64,000 nucleotides of DNA from the sequence record OP310983.1; one strand, 5' to 3'. The position numbers and the translations under genes are program-made. The notes beneath the pieces are model-generated. The model saw only the letters and a program-made list of their open reading frames with translations. It was not told where the DNA came from and made no database searches. Below, one piece after another: positions 18,139-28,224 of the stretch. Numbering within the stretch: the stretch's first letter is position 1; the number at the start of each line of letters is the position of its first letter.

Positions 18139-18378
18139 ATGCGTGAGTTTCGTACTGGTCAATATTGTATTACTAAAATTGATATTCCTCATCCAAAACC
18201 CAATGCATTAACTGGCCCAACTTATTTAACAGCTGGACAGCAGTGCCAAATTATCGTTTATGATCCATCGAAAACACCTTCTACTGGTATTCGTAAAGAA
18301 GGTGAAAACTTCGCAATGGTTTATGTAGAAGAATCTGCACTAATTGCTGATCCATCAAAACCGGTTCCAACTCTATGA
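18139..18378 (+). CDS. small SH3-like protein
   Basis: FRTGQYCIT...AGQQCQII...MVYVEES. Confidence 0.7.
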   Translation: MREFRTGQYCITKIDIPHPKPNALTGPTYLTAGQQCQIIVYDPSKTPSTGIRKEGENFAMVYVEESALIADPSKPVPTL

Positions 18379-18734
18379 TATTTAAATTCTTTGATGTTAA
18401 TGGAGAGTATGATCCACGTAACTTGTGGTTACCCGCTGAACGTCAGCTATATATCTCTATTATTAATCCAGAGGGTCATGAGGTGCTCTGGTATGCTAGA
18501 AAACCAGGCACTAATGTAGCTATGTTGACACCTAAGCGAGATGATTATGAACTTGTAAATTGTTCAAATATTCTGAAGGCTAGGAATGTTCTATTGGTTA
18601 ATCATGAGGCTGGTTCAGTAGAAAAAGCATTACGTTATTTTGACTTACCTGTTAAAGGTAAATATAAATTAGCAAGTCGTACATGGGAATGTAGTGAACT
18701 ATTCACTCTTCAATTTATTGAATATAATTTTTAA
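18375..18734 (+). CDS. hypothetical protein
   Basis: ATGA overlap. Confidence 0.7.
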   Translation: MIFKFFDVNGEYDPRNLWLPAERQLYISIINPEGHEVLWYARKPGTNVAMLTPKRDDYELVNCSNILKARNVLLVNHEAGSVEKALRYFDLPVKGKYKLASRTWECSELFTLQFIEYNF

Positions 18735-18748
18735 ACAGGTAATTATAA

Positions 18749-19270
18749 ATGGCTCTTATTTGTGGATACGGTGAAAATGCCGTGCTATTTGGCGGCGATG
18801 TTGATGTAGTCGACTATGCGATGTCTCAAAGAAAATATACCTTAGATAATAAATTCATTATCCGTGGTATCGCTGTTATGAGTGCTGATAAAAAAGCGCG
18901 ACATAGTTTCTGCCGAGCTAATAGTGAGCTGTTTCTTAGCCATCGCACAAAAGACTATAATGTAATCACACAACAATTCCAAGAATCGGTTAATAATTAT
19001 AAAGTGATGGTTTACATTGTATTCGATGACGAACTAGCCGTCTTTGTACCGAATACACCAATCACTGTACTGAATTATAAAAATAACCCGGATGGAGTTA
19101 CTGTGATTAATAAAGGTTTCCGATATAAACAAAGGGAGAGGCTTAAAGTTCTCATTAAAACATATCACGATGATCTATTGTTATTGGCTAAGAATATTGC
19201 AGATAATTCATTGAAAGATGTTAATCAACTAACTGTCTTTAAAGACGGAACTACCCAACGGTTTATTTAA
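18749..19270 (+). CDS. hypothetical protein
   Basis: AGGT RBS. Confidence 0.75.
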   Translation: MALICGYGENAVLFGGDVDVVDYAMSQRKYTLDNKFIIRGIAVMSADKKARHSFCRANSELFLSHRTKDYNVITQQFQESVNNYKVMVYIVFDDELAVFVPNTPITVLNYKNNPDGVTVINKGFRYKQRERLKVLIKTYHDDLLLLAKNIADNSLKDVNQLTVFKDGTTQRFI

Positions 19271-19281
19271 GGTATCTTTAC

Positions 19282-19581
19282 ATGACCACTAAACAACAGC
19301 GCATTACCTATCACTATCATTGTAAAGGTCTTAAACAGACATATCACCCAGTCATTGGTAAAGATGGGGAATTGAAACTGTCTGTACTTACACCTGATAA
19401 TATTTATAGTCAATATCCATTATACGAGGATGTAGAAGATGGAGCTATTGATAAATTATGCGATCAGGTAGAACAGCTACTGAGAAAAGAACTTGTGGGT
19501 GTAATTGCTATTAAATATAATGTAGATTATCTAGCTACCCCTGGTGAAAAATTAAAAGAAGTATATAGACTCGTAATTTAA
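19282..19581 (+). CDS. hypothetical protein
   Basis: AAGGT RBS; terminator follows. Confidence 0.75.
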   Translation: MTTKQQRITYHYHCKGLKQTYHPVIGKDGELKLSVLTPDNIYSQYPLYEDVEDGAIDKLCDQVEQLLRKELVGVIAIKYNVDYLATPGEKLKEVYRLVI

Positions 19582-19594
19582 TAATGGTATAATT

Positions 19595-19612
19595 GCCCTC
19601 CTTCGGGAGGGC
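19595..19612 (+). terminator. intrinsic terminator
   Basis: GCCCTCC-TTCG-GGAGGGC. Confidence 0.75.
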
Positions 19613-19639
19613 TTCTATTTCGTAAAAAGGAAAATACAA

Positions 19640-20080
19640 ATGAAAGCATTCATTCCAAAATGGCGCCAAGATCCAAATAACGTTGACCATAAGTATGGTT
19701 ATGAACTGAATGCGTACACCTCTGTTTCTGGTACTCGCGTCTTCATCGAACGTCGTGTTGAATACTACAATAAGAAAAAGAAACAATGGTGCGATGAAAC
19801 AATTCAAGTAATTCATCTTGGTAAACTGAATTGTTATATTTGGAAACACTATCCAGTTATCAGTTTCAGAGATGTTGGTGTAATCTACGGTCGGTTAGAA
19901 TTTGATGAACTAAAGAAAGTAAATAAACTTATTCAGAGTTCAAATTCCGTATCTATTGAACTGATGGAATCTATTTCAAAAGAATATCAGGTTTATATCA
20001 CAGCTGTAATTAATAACATCAAATATGTGTTCAGCCCTGAACGCACTTATGTATCTGATGAGGGTTACGTAGATGACTAA
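19640..20080 (+). CDS. hypothetical protein
   Basis: AAAGGAA RBS. Confidence 0.8.
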   Translation: MKAFIPKWRQDPNNVDHKYGYELNAYTSVSGTRVFIERRVEYYNKKKKQWCDETIQVIHLGKLNCYIWKHYPVISFRDVGVIYGRLEFDELKKVNKLIQSSNSVSIELMESISKEYQVYITAVINNIKYVFSPERTYVSDEGYVDD

Positions 20081-20585
20081 AACACTCCGTGTAGTACGTG
20101 TCCGTGATGGGATCGTTGATAGTCTTAATAACGATGGTCTATGGGTTAACAAACATACCTTTTGTATGGAGGAGGTATGGGAAGCCCACAAACAAACAAC
20201 CCAATTCCAGTCTTACAACTGGGGGACTATGTACTTCGTTAGTGAAAATGATGTAGCATGTAATCCATATCCCCATCATCAATACCGTGAGGTATGGATC
20301 TGTCAACGAGGTGTGCAACAAAAACTGGAACTATGTGAGGATTTAGAATCCGGTATAGTTGGGGATGATCATGTTGTAGTTATTATGACTACTACGGATG
20401 GATTAGATTATAGTTTTGTGAGTGGTGTGTATGGCGACCGTATTAACTACAGTCCTTACTATGGTGATGCCATTTCTATACCTTGTACCAATAATCAAGA
20501 AGCAGACGATGTCTATCATAGCCTAGCTAAAATGGCCAATGGCATAAGTCTATCTGTTCCTCTAGTAATGAAGCTGATTAAATGA
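20073..20585 (+). CDS. hypothetical protein
   Basis: Overlap with the upstream stop; GAGGG upstream. Confidence 0.75.
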   Translation: MTKTLRVVRVRDGIVDSLNNDGLWVNKHTFCMEEVWEAHKQTTQFQSYNWGTMYFVSENDVACNPYPHHQYREVWICQRGVQQKLELCEDLESGIVGDDHVVVIMTTTDGLDYSFVSGVYGDRINYSPYYGDAISIPCTNNQEADDVYHSLAKMANGISLSVPLVMKLIK

Positions 20586-20592
20586 AGGAGTA

Positions 20593-20826
20593 ATGATTAT
20601 GGATTATAAATGGCATGATAAGTTCATTATAGAAATTATTAGTAAAAGTTGTAAAAAAGATGGAATCTGTAAAAGTTACTTAGTACGTAAAGGTTGGAGA
20701 GATGTTAATCAGCGTGATTACGCCATTTTATCACGTATTGGTTTCCATGACACTCTTTTGCTTGATGAACATGAAGTCGAATACTATTTGAACAATGTGG
20801 TATTTGATATCGTAAAGGCCGTATGA
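20593..20826 (+). CDS. hypothetical protein (frame stays open 43 codons past its TGA)
   Basis: AAGGAG RBS. Confidence 0.65.
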   Translation: MIMDYKWHDKFIIEIISKSCKKDGICKSYLVRKGWRDVNQRDYAILSRIGFHDTLLLDEHEVEYYLNNVVFDIVKAV

Positions 20827-20998
20827 GAGTCTGAAGGTAAACCAAAAGATACTCATATGCATATTCGGGCATTGCGTGTAGATATGGATAGTCTATCTGA
20901 TAGATTCAAGATATATGCTGATGTAAAACTAGATATGGATAAGCACCGGAAATCGTAAAAGATATCCATCGTATACATTTATTAATAGGAACCTACAA

Positions 20999-21355
20999 AT
21001 GCAACTAGATAAAGACAAATTGAAAGAATTGGTAAATATCATTGAAGAGAATACACGCCTTAAAGGTAAAGTATTCCACCAGGAAGTCTACTCCAGTGTT
21101 CACGGTGAAATAGAGGTTCGCAGTTACGCTGGTACTTTCACTTTTTACAAAGATCATACCACTGAACATTATGCAATGTTTAATGTAGAGTTTGACACAC
21201 ATGGTAAGGTAGTTAGATTCATAGCACCTGCACTATTACGTGCGACTGTCATTTGGGAATTGAACGAAGAACCGGAATACTACAAAATCAACATCGAGCA
21301 TATGCTGATCGAAGCAGTAACCAATCACTTCAATACGGCCACACTGCTACCTTGA
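20999..21355 (+). CDS. hypothetical protein
   Basis: AGGAA RBS. Confidence 0.75.
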   Translation: MQLDKDKLKELVNIIEENTRLKGKVFHQEVYSSVHGEIEVRSYAGTFTFYKDHTTEHYAMFNVEFDTHGKVVRFIAPALLRATVIWELNEEPEYYKINIEHMLIEAVTNHFNTATLLP

Positions 21356-21401
21356 AGTTAATTGATAACCATAACTCTTATAAAGCATAGTGGATTTTAT
21401 T

Positions 21402-21917
21402 ATGAATAAACCAGAATTACTTTACCATGGTTCTCTTTATAAACAAGATGAATTAATGCCAGGATTTAAAAGATCTGGTGAACTTGTTATGTGGGATGGT
21501 ATTGAGTCTAACCAATACCTATATGCAACGTCATCTGAAAAAGATGCATCTTATTTAGGTATTGGTAGCGCTATCGAAAAGTTATTTGATAGTGATAGAT
21601 ATGCTACTGTTGATAGGGATATTACAATCTATTGTCAAAATAATATCGATAAAAGTGATATTTTAAAAATGGTTGTGTATGTTTATACCATTCCATTTAG
21701 GGACTCTGACAAATGGATTAAGAATAATAATCCTCACAATAGCATTGATACTGAGTGGATTACGAAAAACACTATCCATGATGTTACTGTAAGGAAATTA
21801 GATATTGGTGAATTTTTAAAAGGTGCTCGCTTAACTGTCACTAAAGCACCAGTGGATGTTGATCCATTAAACATCATGTCACAATATCGTTCAGTAACAG
21901 AGCGTTATCTGTTTTAA
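21402..21917 (+). CDS. putative ADP-ribosyltransferase-fold protein
   Basis: LYHGS...LMPG...YLYATS...VYVYTI...EWIT resembles the strand order of the H-type ART fold. Confidence 0.5.
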   Translation: MNKPELLYHGSLYKQDELMPGFKRSGELVMWDGIESNQYLYATSSEKDASYLGIGSAIEKLFDSDRYATVDRDITIYCQNNIDKSDILKMVVYVYTIPFRDSDKWIKNNNPHNSIDTEWITKNTIHDVTVRKLDIGEFLKGARLTVTKAPVDVDPLNIMSQYRSVTERYLF

Positions 21918-21932
21918 TTAAATAGGTTAATT

Positions 21933-22397
21933 ATGTATCACATATCGACAGTATACCTTGGGGATTATGTTTTATTAAGGCCATATATTCCAAGTAATAG
22001 AGCTGATGGCGAAGACAGTGTAACCAACCGTATATGTGTGGCCCCATCAGTTATTGAATGTATTGCAGCTAAAAGCGGGAGTTATGATATCGATCTTAAT
22101 TTACTTGGTTCTAAATCAACTATTTACGCATACCGAAGTAATTCTACTGACTACATTGTAGGAAATGTACCTGATCAAAAACAATATAGGGAACACTGGT
22201 ATTTAAAACCAACTTTATTTACGTATGTTGGCTCTCTGCGATTATTAGAGACTGGGGTGATTAAGGTAAGTAGTGAAGTCGATATGCATTCTAAATTAAT
22301 GGTATCACATCGGTTAAACTACTTCAATAATATTATTAGTAAAGAAGAACTAATACACCATTGGCATATAGAGGCTTTATCTATTTTAAATGGTTAG
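21933..22397 (+). CDS. putative ADP-ribosyltransferase-fold protein
   Basis: MYHIS..LRPYIP...ED..TNRICVAPS...VPD...REHWYLKP, a recurring phage ART-like pattern. Confidence 0.5.
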   Translation: MYHISTVYLGDYVLLRPYIPSNRADGEDSVTNRICVAPSVIECIAAKSGSYDIDLNLLGSKSTIYAYRSNSTDYIVGNVPDQKQYREHWYLKPTLFTYVGSLRLLETGVIKVSSEVDMHSKLMVSHRLNYFNNIISKEELIHHWHIEALSILNG

Positions 22398-22417
22398 ATC
22401 ATAATTTATTTAAGATC

Positions 22418-22425
22418 TATATTAC
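22418..22425 (+). promoter_or_regulatory. early promoter core
   Basis: TTTAAGATC-TATATTAC. Confidence 0.7.
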
Positions 22426-22452
22426 AAGTGTACTATCAATAAACTAATAGGA

Positions 22453-22815
22453 GTGATACAAGTGGATTTTATAATTGAAATTATCGATAATCCCAATAGT
22501 GATACTGCGTTGTATGTTTATGATTATTGGGGTACCCTAACTACGGTTGTGGGTAATGCAAAAACCCTGGCAGAAGCATATAGTTTTAAATATTCATCCA
22601 TTGACAGCATTGAAAAATTAAAAGCTGTCATTGGTAAAAATATCGAATGCATTTTTAAAGAAATGTATGATCAATCAAATAAGGTAATTCGTGTTAATAT
22701 CGTAAAAGTAGATCTAGAGAATAAGATTATTAGTAAGCGCATCGAAATTGTAAAAAGCTATAGTGTTATCAATAGTGATGATGAACTTATTCTAATCACA
22801 GATGTAGTACGGTAA
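22453..22815 (+). CDS. hypothetical protein
   Basis: AGGAG RBS; start uncertain (22453 or 22462). Confidence 0.7.
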   Translation: MIQVDFIIEIIDNPNSDTALYVYDYWGTLTTVVGNAKTLAEAYSFKYSSIDSIEKLKAVIGKNIECIFKEMYDQSNKVIRVNIVKVDLENKIISKRIEIVKSYSVINSDDELILITDVVR

Positions 22816-22856
22816 TTGAATAAATAATTCATTAATTTAACATAGGTGATATAACC

Positions 22857-23729
22857 ATGGCACGTCGTTCTAATAAAATTCGTATTGGTTTTAACGTATC
22901 GCTTAAAGCGCTTGAACGAAATGGATCTGATGTAATTAAACTACATGATGACATCATATCTTGTTTTAGTGAACTATATCAAAATTACGTAAAAATTGAT
23001 ACAACTACTGACAAAGATGACAAATCACTAAAACAAGGCATTATTGATGTCGTGGTGTATGTCGATCTAAATACAGCGAACCAAGCCATTCGTTTTAAAG
23101 GTATTAGTGATCTGGTAAACCATCTACAGTTTAATGTAATGGCGAATGATGTTATCGTCGATACAAGTGAATATATTCAGCCTAGCCATATGTCATATAT
23201 CGAAGATGGTCACCTGAATATGTTAGTGCGTCGAGAAGGTAAAGAGGTTATCAAAACCATTTTCACTGATGAATATGGTGTTGATCCACTAGTTAATAGT
23301 GGATCAATAGGAGATGGATGTAGTGTTTCCGGGATCTATCTAATCGGTGAAGAAAATCGGGTTAATAAACTGGCACGTATTGTTTCTAACAACATTCGCA
23401 ACGGAGAGTTTAATTTCAAGACCGAAATAGGTATCCGTAAATTCTATTGGAGTGTACTCGGAAAACCAAGTGCGCAATTTAAGTATATCCACAGTGTGGT
23501 ATTTAAGTACATCCACAATGAAATATGGAACCGTAATAGTTTCTATGTGGATACACTGATTAAGCTAACCAATGGCAATGTTTATAGCTATGCTAAGAAT
23601 GGTTTTGTTGGTGGACCTACTGAACTAGAATTCCATTATTATGGTGTAACTGATCGAGAAAATTGGGATAATGCGTCAGACAATTTCCTATATCAGGAAT
23701 TCGAGCAAAGTTGGTCTGTAAAAATCTAA
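22857..23729 (+). CDS. hypothetical protein
   Basis: AGGTGA RBS; 290 aa. Confidence 0.8.
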   Translation: MARRSNKIRIGFNVSLKALERNGSDVIKLHDDIISCFSELYQNYVKIDTTTDKDDKSLKQGIIDVVVYVDLNTANQAIRFKGISDLVNHLQFNVMANDVIVDTSEYIQPSHMSYIEDGHLNMLVRREGKEVIKTIFTDEYGVDPLVNSGSIGDGCSVSGIYLIGEENRVNKLARIVSNNIRNGEFNFKTEIGIRKFYWSVLGKPSAQFKYIHSVVFKYIHNEIWNRNSFYVDTLIKLTNGNVYSYAKNGFVGGPTELEFHYYGVTDRENWDNASDNFLYQEFEQSWSVKI

Positions 23730-23734
23730 TACAT

Positions 23735-23756
23735 AAAGGGCTCTTCGGAGCCCTTT
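23735..23756 (+). terminator. intrinsic terminator
   Basis: AAAGGGCTC-TTCG-GAGCCCTTT. Confidence 0.8.
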
Positions 23757-23785
23757 ATTTTTTCTTTATTTGGCAGGAATATAAA

Positions 23786-24571
23786 ATGCATCGTCGAACT
23801 ATGTACAGATTTAGCTTATCATATTCCAATAAACTTATTAATAATAACCCACTTGGCTTTACAGTCGAGAGTTATCTTGAAAGCTGGTTTGACAAACTCA
23901 AGTGCCGATTAACTAAAGGTTATACCAAAAGCCATGCTATTCATTTTCGTGGAAGTTGGAAATACTTTGAATTAGATCAATATAAGAACAATGCTTTCTT
24001 CAATCAATATCACATGGTGATGCAGTCACTAGAAGATCTAGAAAGAAAGATTAGTGGAGTGATTGGGTTAAGTATCAAAATCACTAAACCAGAACGACAT
24101 TTATTTCATGTTCTATTTAACCATGAAAAGATTATTCTATCCCCTAATGGCATTATCTTTGATGTACGTGTTCCAAAACACACCGTGATAGCTAATCCTG
24201 ATGTTATGGGATATCGTAATTGCAATGTAGATAAACTGACGGTATTTGGCGAGCGCTCTAAAGTTAACTATGTGGTTAAACAAGTACGTTATGCCTTAAA
24301 GCAGAAAGGGGTGACAACTGTTGCCAATAGTTCAATGGCTCGTTTTTTACATGACCTATTTCATCCAAAATACAGAGACAATCAAATTTATAACTACGGC
24401 ATGACTATGTCTGATGTTTATGTAATGGCCGTATTCAAAAATGGGTATACGGAAATCTATGGTAAAGATGTAGGTGAAGTATTTGAAAGTCATACTCTAG
24501 ATTTCCTAGAGCGTGAGTACATGATCTGTGGACAATATTTTCCCATGTTATCCAGAGGGCTGCTAGTATGA
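23786..24571 (+). CDS. hypothetical protein
   Basis: Start moved to ATG 23786 after AGGAA because the track start overlaps the terminator. Confidence 0.75.
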   Translation: MHRRTMYRFSLSYSNKLINNNPLGFTVESYLESWFDKLKCRLTKGYTKSHAIHFRGSWKYFELDQYKNNAFFNQYHMVMQSLEDLERKISGVIGLSIKITKPERHLFHVLFNHEKIILSPNGIIFDVRVPKHTVIANPDVMGYRNCNVDKLTVFGERSKVNYVVKQVRYALKQKGVTTVANSSMARFLHDLFHPKYRDNQIYNYGMTMSDVYVMAVFKNGYTEIYGKDVGEVFESHTLDFLEREYMICGQYFPMLSRGLLV

Positions 24572-26094
24572 TTATAGAGACCTTATTGCAATATTACGCC
24601 ATGTTCATCGACATCTCTCAAAAGAATATGGTGATGGGTGGTGCGATTGGTATGGCGATTGGTGGTGTATTATGGACCACTATCCGAGGTCTACCAAGTA
24701 AGATAGTTAGATTCACATTAAATCAATTTACAGTTAGTTTACATATCACTAATACTGGTAATGGTTTAAATGAGAAAAACTTTGACTCATTTATGGAGTG
24801 GTATATTAAACAACCATTAGCTGGATTTAATCGCCGTTTTTCAACCAACGTTGATGAGCAAAGTTATAGTGCAACTAAACAGAAAATTGGTGTTGGTTTT
24901 GGCTTACATTTCTTTCTGTTTAAAGGTAGGTTATTCTGGTTTGTAAAAGCACGCCGGGATAGCCAAAATGCCAGTCGAGACCAGATGGACATTACTATCC
25001 GTGGATTATCTAGAAGTAGTAAACTTATTATTGATTTAGTTGATGCGTACCACTGGCGTCCAAATGAAATGGGTCTTACTATCTCACATTGGGATGGTAA
25101 TCGCTGGGGTAATGAAATCGAAGTTACTAAACGCGATATCAACACGGTGATTTTGCGTAAAGAGATCAAAGAAGAATTCCTTAATAAGATTGAAGAATTC
25201 TATTCTGATCGGAAATGGTACGATGATCGTGGACTACCCTATAAATTCACTTGTGTTCTAACAGGTCCTCCTGGTACTGGTAAAACCTCAATCAGTAAAG
25301 CGATTGCCTCACATTTTAATAAAAATGTTAGTGCACTGTCATTAGCCTCTATGACCAATGATAGTCTTAGGCGGGCATTTACTACACTACCTAAAGGTAA
25401 TATTCTTCTAATTGAAGATTTCGATGATACCCCGGCAGTTAAAGATCGTGTTTTAAATGATCCTGTAAAACTAGATAAAGAGATAAAGGAATTAGAGAGG
25501 AAATATTCTTTTATTGATTTAATTGAAAAATATCCGTCTGCATGGGTTGATCTTAAAGATGACTATGAAGGATACTCTGTAGTTGGGTTTAATGACACCA
25601 TCTATATCTTTGATGAAAATAGCGATGATCAAGGTTTTGGGATAAGTGCTTATGCTATGGCTGAACTGGGTGTTTCAAAATGGGCCGATGAAAAAGATCC
25701 ATTATTTACCACAATTCGCCGATGGTGGAAATTAAAGAAGTGCATGAAGAATGGAATCACGTATGAACAACCAGCTAGCGGATTAACTTTGTCAGCTCTA
25801 TTAAATGGTCTAGATGGCATTGTTCCACTAGATGAAACTATGACCATTCTAACTACAAACCATCCTGAGAATATTGATAAAGCACTTCTAAGGAAAGGTC
25901 GCGTTGATTACATGGTGGAGATTCCATATCTACGAGATCAAGAGGTTAGGGAGTATATTAAACTAATGTTCCCTGACTTCGATATTCCTGAAGATATCAG
26001 ATTTAAAGATCAACCAGGGTGTGATGTAATGGCGGCTTTTTCAAATAACCGTTATGACCCTAATGCTTTTATCAATAGTCTATTGAAATATTAA
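24568..26094 (+). CDS. membrane-anchored BCS1-like AAA+ ATPase
   Basis: N-terminal TM (MVMGGAIGMAIGGVLW); Walker A GPPGTGKT; Walker B LLIEDFD; LTLSALLNGLDG; TTNHPENIDKALLRKGRVD. Confidence 0.9.
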   Translation: MIIETLLQYYAMFIDISQKNMVMGGAIGMAIGGVLWTTIRGLPSKIVRFTLNQFTVSLHITNTGNGLNEKNFDSFMEWYIKQPLAGFNRRFSTNVDEQSYSATKQKIGVGFGLHFFLFKGRLFWFVKARRDSQNASRDQMDITIRGLSRSSKLIIDLVDAYHWRPNEMGLTISHWDGNRWGNEIEVTKRDINTVILRKEIKEEFLNKIEEFYSDRKWYDDRGLPYKFTCVLTGPPGTGKTSISKAIASHFNKNVSALSLASMTNDSLRRAFTTLPKGNILLIEDFDDTPAVKDRVLNDPVKLDKEIKELERKYSFIDLIEKYPSAWVDLKDDYEGYSVVGFNDTIYIFDENSDDQGFGISAYAMAELGVSKWADEKDPLFTTIRRWWKLKKCMKNGITYEQPASGLTLSALLNGLDGIVPLDETMTILTTNHPENIDKALLRKGRVDYMVEIPYLRDQEVREYIKLMFPDFDIPEDIRFKDQPGCDVMAAFSNNRYDPNAFINSLLKY

Positions 26095-26117
26095 TATACT
26101 AAAAAGGAATCTGTAAA

Positions 26118-26516
26118 ATGAGTCTACTCAACATTCTAAATACCGTTGCGGCTGCTAATGGTTTGGTACATAACTTTCTAGAATGTGATGAAAGTTATAA
26201 AAAGGTAGTTGATAAACTGCCTTCTAAACTACATCAGCTTATTCAACGTTGTGAAAACCACCGTATCACCATTACGCCCTATCAGGTATTACTTACAGAG
26301 CTTAGTAAGCTTGATAGGGAAGTAGATGATTTTAATATCACCTATTTAAACGATACGGATGTGTCATTTAGTTATACCTCATTTCGATATCAGTATGTTG
26401 ATGAGGATCGTATTACACATATCTTCATTGCTTCTGAAAAAATCGAACAGGTTCGCTCATTTGTATTGTTGGCAAAACTAACTGGTTACAATGTAACTGT
26501 AAATACATGTATTTAA
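26118..26516 (+). CDS. hypothetical protein
   Basis: AAAGGAA RBS. Confidence 0.75.
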   Translation: MSLLNILNTVAAANGLVHNFLECDESYKKVVDKLPSKLHQLIQRCENHRITITPYQVLLTELSKLDREVDDFNITYLNDTDVSFSYTSFRYQYVDEDRITHIFIASEKIEQVRSFVLLAKLTGYNVTVNTCI

Positions 26517-26607
26517 TTTTGAAAACATACTGGAGTTATTGATGTATTGAGTTGAAACTCAATAATAACTCCTACTTTAATTTAAAAAATACAAAAGGAA
26601 TATTTCC

Positions 26608-27261
26608 ATGGCGTCAATCATTAGTCTACCTTTTATCAAACTAGTAATCAGCCGTAATAATAATTACACTGTTAACCATCAGTCAGGTACTGATAATGTA
26701 CCTCATCTATGTGTTAAAGTAAAACATTCTAACGGTTATGCCTGGTTCGGTATTATCATTGTTGATTATGAAAAACGTACCAGTGGTTGGACTGAAGAAG
26801 AATTCAATGCAGTTGTAACTCGTTTCCATGAGGCAATGAATTCTCAATGTGATATCCAACGATTAGAAACAGACATTAACCGACTAATGGATTCCATCCA
26901 AGATGTTGTTACTGGTCGGAAACGACCAACCCTATTCGGCGGTGATGGTAATGACTTCATTCAAATGCATCTTCAAAATAATATCCAACTTGATATTTAT
27001 CGGAATGAAATTAACGAAGATACTCTAACCTATGGTGGGTATCGTGGTAAAGTAAGTCTTCGCCATGGTTATGAAGAATATAACTTCTTCCTGTATCATC
27101 GTGGTATTATTCTAAACCATTACATCGATGCAGAGATTGCTAAAGAGCTAATTGAAGATGCTCTTAATAAGACTTTCCCGGAGATTACTTATCTACCGCG
27201 AGCCACTGTCGAACCTACAGCAGTGGAACGCACTCGTAATAGACATCTGGATAAAAGTTAA
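26608..27261 (+). CDS. hypothetical protein
   Basis: AAAGGAA RBS. Confidence 0.8.
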   Translation: MASIISLPFIKLVISRNNNYTVNHQSGTDNVPHLCVKVKHSNGYAWFGIIIVDYEKRTSGWTEEEFNAVVTRFHEAMNSQCDIQRLETDINRLMDSIQDVVTGRKRPTLFGGDGNDFIQMHLQNNIQLDIYRNEINEDTLTYGGYRGKVSLRHGYEEYNFFLYHRGIILNHYIDAEIAKELIEDALNKTFPEITYLPRATVEPTAVERTRNRHLDKS

Positions 27262-27262
27262 A

Positions 27263-27676
27263 ATGACTAGTCAACTTATCGTAGTTGATTTACAAAACCC
27301 TAGAAATAAACATATATACAGTGAATTAACTCATGAACATCCTAGAACAATAACATCACATCTAGTTGAAGAATTAGATGATTTTGATGTTCACCAATAT
27401 TCATACCAAGCGGAGTATAAATCTGGGATTGATCTTAGATTAATATTCTTTTGGGATGGGCCATACACTGAACCAAGAGAAGAAGGTTACGAACCAACTG
27501 ATCTAGAGAAAAGGTGTGTGAAGTTGTGTAGGCAATATGAGGCTGCGATTAACGGGCAATTATCTGTAGTTGATCACTCTCGGTTCCGGACGGTGTGTAC
27601 CTTCAGATCAGATAATAGTTTACCAACAACTTTAGACTGGATTCATAAAGAACCCCCATCTAAAGAGGTTATGTAA
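27263..27676 (+). CDS. hypothetical protein
   Basis: In-frame ATG 27263 right after the upstream stop is preferred to the overlapping track start. Confidence 0.7.
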   Translation: MTSQLIVVDLQNPRNKHIYSELTHEHPRTITSHLVEELDDFDVHQYSYQAEYKSGIDLRLIFFWDGPYTEPREEGYEPTDLEKRCVKLCRQYEAAINGQLSVVDHSRFRTVCTFRSDNSLPTTLDWIHKEPPSKEVM

Positions 27677-27769
27677 AAAATAGTAAAAGAAATACACTAT
27701 TCTATGTAGTTCCTTTACGATTGCTCTTTTATCTTAGTTTCAGTTTTGCTGAAGAAGTACCAATGAGAT

Positions 27770-27792
27770 ACCCTCCCCTGATCGGGGAGGGT
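27770..27792 (+). terminator. intrinsic terminator
   Basis: ACCCTCCCC-TGATC-GGGGAGGGT followed by TTTT. Confidence 0.8.
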
Positions 27793-27817
27793 TTTTGACA
27801 TCTAAGAGGAAAATATA

Positions 27818-28198
27818 ATGTGCAAACAACATCGTGTAGTATCTATGAAAGTTACATGCACGCAAGCTCGCTATCCGATCGGTCTGTGCGATCTCGGATT
27901 TGATAATGCTGCTGATGCTCGGCAATATCTATTAGATGTCGTTGAGTACAATATGGATCGTCTCCACCCGCAACATGCTAATACATTCCAGCTACAAAAT
28001 CTACAAGACGGGTTCGTAGTATCCTACGATATCGAAAAAGATGGATCCGTTTATCTTCGGTTAACACTGGCGGCTGTAGCTTATCAATCAATCGATCTTG
28101 AGTTGGGGGTTACCGTTAAAGAAAATGAAGGGATCAGTGTTGTAATCAAAAATTGGATCAATGGTGAGTATACTGCGGGGAACAAATACTTGCAGTAA
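27818..28198 (+). CDS. hypothetical protein
   Basis: GAGGAA RBS. Confidence 0.75.
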   Translation: MCKQHRVVSMKVTCTQARYPIGLCDLGFDNAADARQYLLDVVEYNMDRLHPQHANTFQLQNLQDGFVVSYDIEKDGSVYLRLTLAAVAYQSIDLELGVTVKENEGISVVIKNWINGEYTAGNKYLQ

Positions 28199-28224
28199 TA
28201 CCATATGTAAAGAATACCCAAATC

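Noticed and set aside
8716-27676. Assigning phiKZ nuclear-import accessory genes (remembered as orf260 and orf287) to specific ORFs
   Set aside because: They should fall in this span by numbering, but gene counting is too uncertain without BLAST
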